64,000 nucleotides of DNA from the NCBI GenBank assembly GCA_005799365.1, contig SYGV01000079.1:990-64989 (forward strand). The letters are read 5' to 3'. Made by a program: the position numbers and the translations under genes. The DNA is from Nitrospiraceae bacterium (GTDB lineage Bacteria > Nitrospirota > Nitrospiria > Nitrospirales > Nitrospiraceae). The notes under the pieces were generated by a model. It searched no databases and was not told the origin of the DNA. It saw only the letters and a list, made by a program, of their open reading frames with translations. This document shows positions 34,947 through 43,629 of this stretch, piece after piece (position 1 is the first letter of the stretch; each line of letters opens with the position of its first letter).

Positions 34947-36845
34947 TTACTCTTCAATCGTTGAAATGTCGCCCGGGTCCTGCCCCAACTCCTTGGCCTT
35001 GAGCACCCGGCGCATGATCTTCCCGGACCTGGTTTTGGGCAAAGCAGGGACGATGTCGATCTCCTGCGGCACGGCGATCTTGCCCAGTTCCTTCAGGACA
35101 TGATCCTTCAAACCCTGAATCAACTCCTGGCTTTCCCGCTCGCCTTGTTTGAGAATCACGAACGCCTTGATCGCTTCCCCGACGGTCTTGTGCGGCTTCC
35201 CGATGACCGCCGATTCCGCGACGGACGGGTGGCTCACAAGCGCGCTCTCCACCTCGGCCGTGCCGATGCGGTTGCCCGCCACCTTGATCACGTCGTCGGC
35301 CCGCCCCATGAACCAGAGGTACCCGTCTTCATCCTTGCGGCAGACATCCCCGGCCGTATAGCAGTTGGGAATCGTATTCCAATAGACCAGATACCGGTCC
35401 GGGTCCTTGTAGATGGTCCGCATCATGGCCGGCCAGGGCTTCTTGATCACCGCAAATCCCCCGGCGTTGGCCGGGAGAGACCGGCCCGCCCGATCCACGA
35501 CGTCCGCTTCGACGCCGAGGAAGGGTCTGGTCGCGGAGCCGGGCTTCAGCGGCACCGAGGGGAGGGGGGTGACCAGGATCATCCCCGTCTCCGTCTGCCA
35601 CCAGGTGTCCATGATCGGCTTGGTCCCGCCCGTCACCCGGTGATACCACGCCCAGGCTTCGGGATTGATCGGTTCCCCGACGCTCCCCAGGACGCGCAAC
35701 GACGACAGGTCGTACTTTTTGGGCCACTCCTCACCGTACTTCATCAACAACCGGACGGCGGTCGGCGTCGTGTAGAAGATCGACACTCCGTACCGTTCGA
35801 TCAACTGCCACCAGCGGCCCGGATCGGGATAGTCCGGTTTGCCTTCCGCGGTCAGGATCGTGGCGCCGTTCAGCAACGGGCCATAGACGATGTAGCTGTG
35901 TCCCGTGACCCAACCGGGATCGGCTACGCAGAAATAAACATCGTCTTCTTTCAAATCGAAGACGTACTTGGTCGTGATATAGGTGCCGACCATGTAGCCG
36001 CCGTGCACATGCACCACGCCCTTCGGCTTCCCGGTCGTTCCGGAGGTGTACAGAATATACAGCGGCGCCTCGGCGTCCAGCGGCGCCGCCTCACAGACCG
36101 GCTTCTCGTTGGCCAGCCAGTCATTCCAATCCACCTCCTTGGGGGCCGCCAACGACACGCCGGGCTTCTCCCGCCGCACCACCACCACGGTCTCAACCGA
36201 CCCGCAATTGGCCACGGCCTGATCCACCACCGGCTTGAGCTTGATGACCTTGCCCCGGTCATAGCCGACGTCGGCGGTGATCACCACGCGGGACTCCGCA
36301 TCCTTGATCCGGCTCTCCAGGGCCGGCGCGCTGAAACCGGAGTAGACCACGCTGTGGATTACGCCGATCCTGGCGCAGGCCAGCATCGCCACGATCTGCT
36401 CGGGGATCTTGGGCAGGTAGATGGTCACCCGGTCGCCCTGCTTCAGACCCAAGGCTTTCAGGGCGTTGGCACAGCGGTTCACCTGCCGCGCGAGTTCACC
36501 GTAGGTAAAGATCCGCTCTTCCCCTTGCTCGCCGACCCAGATGACCGCGACCTTATTCTTGCGCCAGCCGGTGAGGTGCCGGTCCAGGCAATTGTAGGAA
36601 ATGTTGCACGTCGCCCCCACGAACCACTTGGCCCAAGGATAGTTCCAGTCCAGGACCTTCTGCCATGGGGCAAACCAGTCCAATTCCTTCGCGATCCGGT
36701 CCCAAAACTTCTCCGGATCGGCGATGGAACGGCGGTAGTCGGCTTCGTAGTCCTTGATATAGGCCGCAGCCTTGGTGGCGGAGGTGGGGTGGACCACGCG
36801 GTCCCCCCGCATCAGGCTTTCCAGATGATGCTCATCGTTTCCCAT
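34947..36845 (-). CDS. acs: Acetyl-CoA synthetase (AMP-forming)
   Basis: Motifs YTSGTTGKPKGV, GWVTGHSY, YTAGD and PKTRSGKIMRR. ATG 36845 is preceded by GGAGGAG. The longer start at 37001 is rejected. Confidence 0.95.
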   Translation of the reverse strand: MGNDEHHLESLMRGDRVVHPTSATKAAAYIKDYEADYRRSIADPEKFWDRIAKELDWFAPWQKVLDWNYPWAKWFVGATCNISYNCLDRHLTGWRKNKVAVIWVGEQGEERIFTYGELARQVNRCANALKALGLKQGDRVTIYLPKIPEQIVAMLACARIGVIHSVVYSGFSAPALESRIKDAESRVVITADVGYDRGKVIKLKPVVDQAVANCGSVETVVVVRREKPGVSLAAPKEVDWNDWLANEKPVCEAAPLDAEAPLYILYTSGTTGKPKGVVHVHGGYMVGTYITTKYVFDLKEDDVYFCVADPGWVTGHSYIVYGPLLNGATILTAEGKPDYPDPGRWWQLIERYGVSIFYTTPTAVRLLMKYGEEWPKKYDLSSLRVLGSVGEPINPEAWAWYHRVTGGTKPIMDTWWQTETGMILVTPLPSVPLKPGSATRPFLGVEADVVDRAGRSLPANAGGFAVIKKPWPAMMRTIYKDPDRYLVYWNTIPNCYTAGDVCRKDEDGYLWFMGRADDVIKVAGNRIGTAEVESALVSHPSVAESAVIGKPHKTVGEAIKAFVILKQGERESQELIQGLKDHVLKELGKIAVPQEIDIVPALPKTRSGKIMRRVLKAKELGQDPGDISTIEE

Positions 36846-36999
36846 ACACTCGCTCCTCCATCGCGCACCTCGACCCGCCGCCGCTTCCTGCCGGAGGCGT
36901 CGAACCGCCGAGGCCTGCATTATGGGCAAGCGGCTGACGCGGTGCAAGCCCGCCCATCCTTGACAGCCAAAAGAGCCGCAGAGTAGCATCGGTCTGACC

Positions 37000-38382
37000 A
37001 TGGCCCGATCCCTTCAACACAGCCTCCGCCTCTGTCGCGTCGGCCTGCTCACCGTAGCCTGCGTCTTATCGCTCATCCCGGCCGCAAACGCCCAACTGGG
37101 CCGTCCGGAAGGACTCTATTACAAGTCCTGGGCCGTCGTGATCGGCATCAACGATTATCTGGTGGCCCCGAAGCTGGACGGCGCCGTGGAGGAGGGGAAA
37201 GCGGTGGCCGACGCCTTCCGCAAACTCGGCTTTCACGAAGTCCTCGAAGTCTACAACAAGGACGCCAGTTCCAAACGCATGCACTTCATCCTGAACGAGC
37301 ACCTGCCCCGCAAGGTCGGGCGGCAGGACCGGGTCGTGATTTTCTTTGTCGGCCATGCCGGCGCCAGCCAGGACATGCACAACAAGGACATCGGCTACCT
37401 GGTTCCCTGGGATGCCCAAGTGTCCAACGTGTCCAAGGCCGTGACGCTGGACCACTTGAAGGAATTCTCCCGCCGGGTCATGGCCAAACACGTGCTGTTC
37501 GTGTTGGACGCAGCCGTGTCCGGATGGGACATCACGCCGCCCCAATCGCTATCGTTGGAAGGCCGCCTCTCTCCTGAGGAAGACACGGACAAACGAGCCG
37601 TGCAAGTCTTGAGCGCCGCCACCCAAGGAGAAACACCGGTCCGCAAGGGCGGACAGGGGGCGTTCGTCACGACATTCCTCGCCGGATTGCAAGGCGCCGC
37701 GGATGACAACAAGAACGGCTGGATTATGGCCAGCGAGATCGGCACCTACGTGGCCAAGCAGGTGAGCCAACTCAGCGGCAACACCCAGCATCCTCAGTTC
37801 GCCCGCCTGGATGGGGACGGAGACACGGTGCTGGTGGAAGGGAAAATAAGCGCCTACCGGGCCGGTCCCGATCCCAAGACGGAGGCGGAACGGACCGCCG
37901 CCGCCAAGGAAGAATACGACAAGGCCTTCGGCCTTCTCCAACAGCAGAAGGAAAAATCGCTGGAAGAAGCGCTCGATCGGCTGGAGAAGGCCCTCCGCTA
38001 CAGCCCCGCATTCGGCGACGCCTACATCCTGAAGAGCTACCTGTATCTCGAGCGCTTGAACAAGACGGACGAGGCCTTGACCGCCGGGGAGCTGGCTGTC
38101 AAGTATGCGCCGGCCAACCCGGACTCCCACTACACGCTCGGACTCGTGCTGCAGAAGAAAGGCCGGTTCACGGATGCGGAAAAAGCCTTCCTCCAAGCCC
38201 TCGTCGTCAACCCCGGCTACTCGGACGTCCACCTCTCGCTCGGAGATCTCTACTCCGAGGACGTGAAGGACCGGAAGAAGGCCGTCGAGTCCTATCAGCG
38301 GTACCTGGAAACGGGAGGGAACGAAAACCGAGTGAGGGACTACCTAAGCAAGGCCGGCTCAGCGGCAACGCCACTGAAGTAG
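37000..38382 (+). CDS. Secreted caspase-fold (peptidase C14-like) protein with C-terminal TPR repeats; catalytic Cys replaced
   Basis: Signal peptide. Caspase-type VIFFVGHAG (His present) and LFVLDAAVSGW (Ala where Cys is expected). C-terminal TPR-like repeats (AFGDAYILKSYLY..., YTLGLVLQKKGRFTDAEKAF...). Confidence 0.75.
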   Translation: MARSLQHSLRLCRVGLLTVACVLSLIPAANAQLGRPEGLYYKSWAVVIGINDYLVAPKLDGAVEEGKAVADAFRKLGFHEVLEVYNKDASSKRMHFILNEHLPRKVGRQDRVVIFFVGHAGASQDMHNKDIGYLVPWDAQVSNVSKAVTLDHLKEFSRRVMAKHVLFVLDAAVSGWDITPPQSLSLEGRLSPEEDTDKRAVQVLSAATQGETPVRKGGQGAFVTTFLAGLQGAADDNKNGWIMASEIGTYVAKQVSQLSGNTQHPQFARLDGDGDTVLVEGKISAYRAGPDPKTEAERTAAAKEEYDKAFGLLQQQKEKSLEEALDRLEKALRYSPAFGDAYILKSYLYLERLNKTDEALTAGELAVKYAPANPDSHYTLGLVLQKKGRFTDAEKAFLQALVVNPGYSDVHLSLGDLYSEDVKDRKKAVESYQRYLETGGNENRVRDYLSKAGSAATPLK

Positions 38383-38383
38383 T

Positions 38384-38456
38384 GATGAAGGAGGAACGAT
38401 GAACGGCGGCGTCAGCCGTTCGGACATTCAGCGCTCAACATTCATCGTTCATCGTT
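38384..38456. repeat. Stutter-word inverted repeat (GATGAA / AACGATGAACGG ... CCGTTC ... TTCATCGTTCATCGTT)
   Basis: It fills the gap between convergent stops (38382 and 38455). Inner stem GAACGG (38401) / CCGTTC (38416); outer words AACGAT / ATCGTT. Confidence 0.7.
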
Positions 38457-38625
38457 AGTCCTGCGCTCCACCCTTCATATATCCGAGGCCGATCTTGAGC
38501 GCCCGCCGCGTAATTTCCGCCCAGCGCACTTCCGGATATTCGGCCAGTACCGCCGCCGCCTTGGGGTCCATCACATCCAGATCCTTGACCTTGATGATCC
38601 CGTCTTCGATTTTTACATCAGCCAC
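38455..38625 (-). CDS. Small hypothetical protein (56 aa)
   Basis: GTG 38625 is preceded by GGAGGA at about 7-nt spacing. Product MADVKIEDGIIKVKDLDVMDPKAAAVLAEYPEVRW.... No family recognised. Confidence 0.5.
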   Translation of the reverse strand: MADVKIEDGIIKVKDLDVMDPKAAAVLAEYPEVRWAEITRRALKIGLGYMKGGAQD

Positions 38626-38767
38626 AGGGCATCCTCCGCGAGGTTCGGAATAAAGCAAGTCGCCCCTGAGTGTAGTCGCCTCGCAGGACAAAGACAAGGC
38701 GTCATGACCAACCTGTCATGACCAGCCGGGAACCATCATCGACGGATATCGGGCTGCGGCCCTTTCG

Positions 38768-38796
38768 TTGACAGGGTGGGGGGTGCATGCTAGCAT
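38768..38796 (+). promoter_or_regulatory. Candidate sigma70 promoter of the lipoprotein operon
   Basis: TTGACA (38768-38773), 17-bp spacer, TAGCAT (38791-38796), about 110 bp upstream of ATG 38907. Confidence 0.45.
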
Positions 38797-38906
38797 CCAC
38801 GCGTCAAGGTTTTCGACGAGGCAGCCGATCACGATCTACCGGTCCATGATCTCCAGTTGACTCCGAACAACCAGTCACACAGTCACAGGCAGGAAGGAGG
38901 CGTTCC

Positions 38907-39473
38907 ATGAGATTGAACAAGAATGTGTCGACGCAATGGCTCCGCAGCGGCCTTGCGCTGACCCTGTTGGTCGCCCTCTCGGCTTGCGGCGGCCCGCCCG
39001 CTTGGGTAAAGAAGGGCTCCGCAGCCTACAACGAGAAGGATTCCAAACAGATCTATGGGGTCGGCTCGGTCGTGGGCGTCCGCAACGAGCCCCTGGCCTG
39101 GGATGCGGCGGAAAACATGGCCCGCGCGGAGATCACCAAGCGGTTTCAGACCTATACCGCTTATCTGATGCGGAACTACGCCGCCTCCACCACCGCGGCG
39201 GATTTCAGCAAGTCCACGGAAGAACAGAACGTCGAGCGGGCCGTCAAGACCTTCTCCTCCGGCACCCTGTCCGGCGTCATGCCGGTGGACCGGTACAAAG
39301 ACGAGGACAGCCTGACCTACTATGTGCTCGTCAAGGTGGACCTGAAGTCCATGCAGGAGGCGCTGGCTCAGAGCAAGGAGCTCTCCCCCCAAGTCCGCGA
39401 CTATGTCCGCCAGAACGGGGAGAAGCTCTTCGAAAAGCTGGAAAAAGAAGAAACCAAGCGGGACAGCAAATAG
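38907..39473 (+). CDS. LPP20/FlgP-like lipoprotein
   Basis: Lipobox LVALSAC. LPP20-type core (IYGVGSVVGVRNEPLAWDAAENMARAEITKRF). GGAAGGAGG lies upstream. Confidence 0.75.
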   Translation: MRLNKNVSTQWLRSGLALTLLVALSACGGPPAWVKKGSAAYNEKDSKQIYGVGSVVGVRNEPLAWDAAENMARAEITKRFQTYTAYLMRNYAASTTAADFSKSTEEQNVERAVKTFSSGTLSGVMPVDRYKDEDSLTYYVLVKVDLKSMQEALAQSKELSPQVRDYVRQNGEKLFEKLEKEETKRDSK

Positions 39474-39480
39474 CAACGCT

Positions 39481-39553
39481 GAACGAGGAACGATGAATGA
39501 TGAATGAAGACATGAACGCCTCTCGATTCACCATTCACCAGTCACCAGTCAGC
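39481..39553. repeat. Stutter-word inverted repeat (GAACGATGAATGATGAATGAAG ... GATTCACCATTCACCAGTCACCAGTC)
   Basis: It lies between the LPP20 stop and the LpoB-like ATG 39554. The arms are complementary apart from A/C mismatches, which become G-U pairs on the minus-strand RNA. Confidence 0.65.
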
Positions 39554-40153
39554 ATGCGCACAGCTGTGGTCCTTGCCGTCCTTGTCGCCGCCGCAGCGAC
39601 CGGCTGCGGCGAATCCACCAGGGTCACCCGCGTGGATACGGGCGTTGTCACCGACTTCAGCGGCCGCTGGAACGACACCGACTCCCGGCTCGTGGCCGAG
39701 TCCATGGTCAAGGAAGCCCTGGACAACCCCTGGCTCGGCAAGTACCGGAGCGCGAAGGGGCGGCAGCCCGTGGTCGTCGTCGGTGCCATCCTCAACCGGA
39801 GCAGCGAGCACATCAACGTCCAGACCTTCGTCTCCGACCTGGCGCGCGAGCTGACGAATTCGCAAAAAGTCACGTTCGTGGCCGGCAAGGCCGAACGGGA
39901 GGAACTCCGCGAGGAACGGCGCGCGCAAGCCGAGCAGGCCCGCGAGGACACGCAAAAATCGCCGGGCAAGGAGATCGGCGCCGACTTCATGCTGAAAGGC
40001 AACATCTCCACGATCGTGGACGAATCCGAGGGCGTTCGCGCGATTTTCTATCAGGTGGATTTGGAGATGATCGATCTGGAAAACAACGTGAAGTCCTGGT
40101 TCGGGCAGAAGAAGATCAAAAAAGTCGTCGAACGGAAACGCACGGTTTTTTAG
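39554..40153 (+). CDS. LpoB/FlgO-like lipoprotein (penicillin-binding protein activator LpoB family)
   Basis: Lipobox AAAATGC. Motifs FSGRWNDTDSRLVAESMVKEAL, PVVVVGAILNRSSEHINVQTF and ADFMLKGNISTIVDE. ATG 39554 is chosen over 39497, which lies inside the repeat. Confidence 0.75.
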   Translation: MRTAVVLAVLVAAAATGCGESTRVTRVDTGVVTDFSGRWNDTDSRLVAESMVKEALDNPWLGKYRSAKGRQPVVVVGAILNRSSEHINVQTFVSDLARELTNSQKVTFVAGKAEREELREERRAQAEQAREDTQKSPGKEIGADFMLKGNISTIVDESEGVRAIFYQVDLEMIDLENNVKSWFGQKKIKKVVERKRTVF

Positions 40154-40165
40154 GCCCGCCTGTTC

Positions 40166-41671
40166 GTGAGTCCGGCCATGTCATCCTCGGCCTCTCCGGC
40201 TTGGACAGTGTCCGGGCCGGTCTCGCGGTTTCGGCTCTTCGTCATCGCTTGTCTCCTCGGACTCCTGCTCTTGGCCGGCTGCAGCTCCCTCAGCACCCGC
40301 TACGCGCGGGTCGAGCACAGCCTCCTGGCCGGCAATCCCCAACAAGCCGACCGGATCATCGAACAAGCCGAAGACGAGTACGGCTCCGTCAGCCGGGTGT
40401 TGTACCGGATGGATCGGGGCATGACCCTCCATCTGGCGGGGCGCAATCGGGACAGCAGCACGTTGCTGGAACAGGCGGAATTCGAAGTCGAGGAACTCTA
40501 CACCCGGCGGGTGCGCACGGAAACCAAAGCCTTTCTCGTCAACGATACATTGCTGCCCTATGAAGGCGAGCCCTACGAGCAAGTCATGCTCAACGTCCTC
40601 AAGGCGCTGAACTATGCCGTCATGGGCCAGTGGAACGATGCCCTGGTGGAAGCCCGACGGATCGATCAGCGGCTCAACCTGCTGGCCGATCAAGCCAGTG
40701 ACAAAGACACGTACCGCGACGACGCCTTCGCCCGCTACCTGACCGGCATCCTCTACGAATCCACCGGCGACCTGAACAACGCCTTTATCGCCTACCGCAA
40801 AGCCTACGACCAGTATCAGGCGGCCCGGCCCTGGGCCCGCGTCCCGCCGCCGCCCATGCTTCGCGCGGACTTGTTGCGGACGAGCGAAGCCCTGGGCCTG
40901 ACGCAAGAGCATGAGGAATACAAGCAGGCCTTCCCGGCCCAGTCCTGGGAGCCGGCCGAGAAGCTCCAGGAATTCGCCCAGATCGTGGTGATCGGCTATA
41001 ATGGTCGGGCGCCGCACAAAGAAGACCAGTTCATCGACCTCCCGATCAGCCTCGACGCCTTGCGCTTGGTGCTGATGACCAAGGGGGCCTTGGGACGCAG
41101 CAATCAGGATACGCGGGGAGCGGAAACATTGCTGTATGGGTTGAGCGGCCACGTGGTGCGCGTCGCGCTGCCCAAACTGGTCCCACACAAGACGGCGATC
41201 GCCTACGAAGAGGTGACGGCGTCGGGCGCGAGCGGAGATTATGTCGCCAGGACCGAGTTGACGCAGGACATCGGCGCCCTGGCGGCCAAAAACTTGAACG
41301 ACCGGTACGCGCAGATCGTGCGCAAGGCCGTGGCCCGAGGGGCGGTCAAATATGCGCTGGCTGAAGGGATGGGACGGGGAGCGCGCATGGCTGCGTCCGG
41401 CCAAGGCAATCAGAGCGTCGCCCCCCTGATCGGCCTGCTGGTCGGTGCGCTGGCCCATGCCCTGGCGATCGGCACGGAGGAATCGGACAAGCGGAGCTGG
41501 CGCACGCTGCCGGACGAAATTCAGATCGCCCGGCTCTGGGTGCCGCCCGGCTCCTACCAGGTGCGCGTCCGTCCGGTCAATCGCAGCGGAACGGCCGCCC
41601 GCAGCCTGGTTCAATCCCTCACCCTGCAAGCGGGAGAAACCCGGTTACTGACCGAGCAGGCATTGCCATAG
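40166..41671 (+). CDS. Large lipoprotein of unknown function
   Basis: Lipobox LLLAGC. 501 aa of helical-repeat-like sequence. The antisense ORF 40181..41629 is Arg/Gly/Pro-rich noise. Confidence 0.7.
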   Translation: MSPAMSSSASPAWTVSGPVSRFRLFVIACLLGLLLLAGCSSLSTRYARVEHSLLAGNPQQADRIIEQAEDEYGSVSRVLYRMDRGMTLHLAGRNRDSSTLLEQAEFEVEELYTRRVRTETKAFLVNDTLLPYEGEPYEQVMLNVLKALNYAVMGQWNDALVEARRIDQRLNLLADQASDKDTYRDDAFARYLTGILYESTGDLNNAFIAYRKAYDQYQAARPWARVPPPPMLRADLLRTSEALGLTQEHEEYKQAFPAQSWEPAEKLQEFAQIVVIGYNGRAPHKEDQFIDLPISLDALRLVLMTKGALGRSNQDTRGAETLLYGLSGHVVRVALPKLVPHKTAIAYEEVTASGASGDYVARTELTQDIGALAAKNLNDRYAQIVRKAVARGAVKYALAEGMGRGARMAASGQGNQSVAPLIGLLVGALAHALAIGTEESDKRSWRTLPDEIQIARLWVPPGSYQVRVRPVNRSGTAARSLVQSLTLQAGETRLLTEQALP

Positions 41672-41704
41672 CGGGGGGGCACGATGCATCAAAGACATCA
41701 TCGC

Positions 41705-42838
41705 ATGAAGCGCCCGTCCGCCATGGCCTGCTTGACGCTCGCCCTGCTGGCCCTGGGCGGATGCGCCTGGTTCGGCCAGAGCAAACCTCCGTCCTGGATC
41801 CTGGGTTCGAGCAAGGAGTATCCGCCGGACCAATACCTCACCGGCGTCGGCCAGGCCGACGCTCAGGACGCGGCGAACGACCGGGCCTACGGGGCCGTGG
41901 CCAGGATCTTCAAGGCCGAGGTCAATGCGCAGGCCAGGGACTGGGAGTCCTTCCTCCAATTTGAAAATCGCGGCACCACCAGCGTCGAACGGCGCCTCAC
42001 ACTGGACCATCTCACCCGTGTCTCCACCGACAAGGTTTTGGAGAACGTGCGGATCATGGCCGGCTGGTCGGACGAGAAGACCGGCCAGCATTATGCCCTC
42101 GCCGTCATGAGCCGAGCGCAGGCCGGAACCGCCATGCTGGGGCGCATCGGAGAGCTGGACGACCAGGTAGAGACCGAGCTGAAGGAGTTTCGCCAGGCCC
42201 AGGACAAGCTGGCCAAGCTGCGGCATCTCCGGCGGGCCATCAAGAGTCTGGTTTTGCGGGAAGCCCACAATGCGGACCTCCGCATCATCCGCCAAAGCGG
42301 GCAGGGCGCCTCCTCCAATTACAAGGTGGCTGCATTGACGGCGGAGATCGAACAGTTCCTCTCCTCCAATCTCGCCATCAGCGTGGAGGTGACCGGCGCC
42401 CAGGCCGAACCGGTCCGCAGAGCCGTCATGGAAGGATTGATCCGCGAGGGGTTACCCGTCACCGCCACACCGATCGTCCAGACCGGCGCGAACGGGCAGC
42501 TAGGCGGAGAGCCGGACAGCCGGCCGCTGGAACTCCTGACCAAAGGCACCGTCCGGCTCTGGAATGCCAATGTGCCCGACCCGCGGTTCCGTTACGTCCG
42601 TTGGTGCAGCGACTTTGTCATCGTGGAAGCCGGCTCCCAGCGGGTGGTCGGAGCCGTGTCCCGGTCGGGGAAGGAAGGGCATCTGACGGAGGGAGAAGCC
42701 AACGCCAAAGCCGTCCGGGTCATGCAACAGGAATTGACGTCCGAACTGGCCAAAACGCTGGCCGGCTACGTCTACGGCGAAACGGACCCGCCGACGGCCA
42801 TTCCTCCGGCTGCCTGCCCGCGAGAAGAGGACCGGTAG
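41705..42838 (+). CDS. Lipoprotein with LPP20-like domains
   Basis: Lipobox LALGGC. The N-terminal YLTGVGQADAQDAANDRAYGAVARIFKAEV resembles the LPP20 core, and the C-terminal GHLTEGEANAKAVRVMQQEL resembles it again. Confidence 0.65.
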   Translation: MKRPSAMACLTLALLALGGCAWFGQSKPPSWILGSSKEYPPDQYLTGVGQADAQDAANDRAYGAVARIFKAEVNAQARDWESFLQFENRGTTSVERRLTLDHLTRVSTDKVLENVRIMAGWSDEKTGQHYALAVMSRAQAGTAMLGRIGELDDQVETELKEFRQAQDKLAKLRHLRRAIKSLVLREAHNADLRIIRQSGQGASSNYKVAALTAEIEQFLSSNLAISVEVTGAQAEPVRRAVMEGLIREGLPVTATPIVQTGANGQLGGEPDSRPLELLTKGTVRLWNANVPDPRFRYVRWCSDFVIVEAGSQRVVGAVSRSGKEGHLTEGEANAKAVRVMQQELTSELAKTLAGYVYGETDPPTAIPPAACPREEDR

Positions 42839-42853
42839 GGGACTGCCGCCCAC

Positions 42854-43174
42854 ATGGGATCATCCATAAGGAAAAAACGTATGTCCACATCGGTGAAGCG
42901 CGCCTCGACCAAACGCAGCCAGGCCAAGGCGAACAAGCAGACGTCCGGCGGTCACCAGGCCGTCCAGCGCGACAGTCGGCAAAACCCCAGCCGTCAGGGC
43001 AAGACGCGCGTCATAGAGCGCATCAAGCAGGACACGGGCCAGATCCAGGCCGGCAGCCTCCTGAGCACTTTGCGCAAGCAGGGCTATGAAGAGTTGCCGC
43101 TGGAGGAGATTCAGGACCGGCTCTCCAAGCTCCGCACGTCGCTCGCGGAATTCATCGTGTCCAGGAGGGGATGA
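42854..43174 (+). CDS. Candidate antitoxin of the VapC toxin (atypical, highly basic N-terminus)
   Basis: 106 aa, ending 3 nt before vapC. Lys/Arg/Gln-rich N-terminal 60 aa and an acidic helical C-terminus (LPLEEIQDRLSKLRTSLAEFI). No known antitoxin fold recognised. Confidence 0.5.
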   Translation: MGSSIRKKRMSTSVKRASTKRSQAKANKQTSGGHQAVQRDSRQNPSRQGKTRVIERIKQDTGQIQAGSLLSTLRKQGYEELPLEEIQDRLSKLRTSLAEFIVSRRG

Positions 43175-43177
43175 ACG

Positions 43178-43621
43178 ATGCCCGTCTACTATTTCGATAC
43201 GTCAGCGCTCGTCAAACGCTACAGTCGCGAACGGGGCACGAAGACCGTGAACGCCCTCCTGGCCAAGCGCGGCCGACTCGCCATCCTCGGATCGGTGGCC
43301 ATCCCGGAATTTTACGCGGCCCTGGCGTTGAAAGCCCGGCTCGGGGAATTGACCAGAGACGACTGGTATTCGGTCCTGTTCAAGTTCGAAGCGGAAGCGG
43401 ACCGGGGGCTCTTTCAGTTCGTCACCCCGTCTAGCCTGACCTTCCTGGCGACCAAGCAGTTCATCCTGGACTATCCGTTCCTCCGCAGCAGCCAGGCCAT
43501 CCATCTGATGCTGGCGCAGGAACTGCGCCCCTTGCGGCTCTCGTTCGTGAGTTCGGACCGGCAGGCGCTGGAACTCTGCCGCCCCTTCGGCATCACGCCG
43601 ATCAATCCGGAGGACGATTGA
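43178..43621 (+). CDS. vapC: PIN-domain ribonuclease toxin
   Basis: N-terminal YYFDTSALVKRY (first acidic PIN residue), a later SSDRQALELC, and 147 aa. Confidence 0.8.
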   Translation: MPVYYFDTSALVKRYSRERGTKTVNALLAKRGRLAILGSVAIPEFYAALALKARLGELTRDDWYSVLFKFEAEADRGLFQFVTPSSLTFLATKQFILDYPFLRSSQAIHLMLAQELRPLRLSFVSSDRQALELCRPFGITPINPEDD

Positions 43622-43629
43622 AGAGAAGA

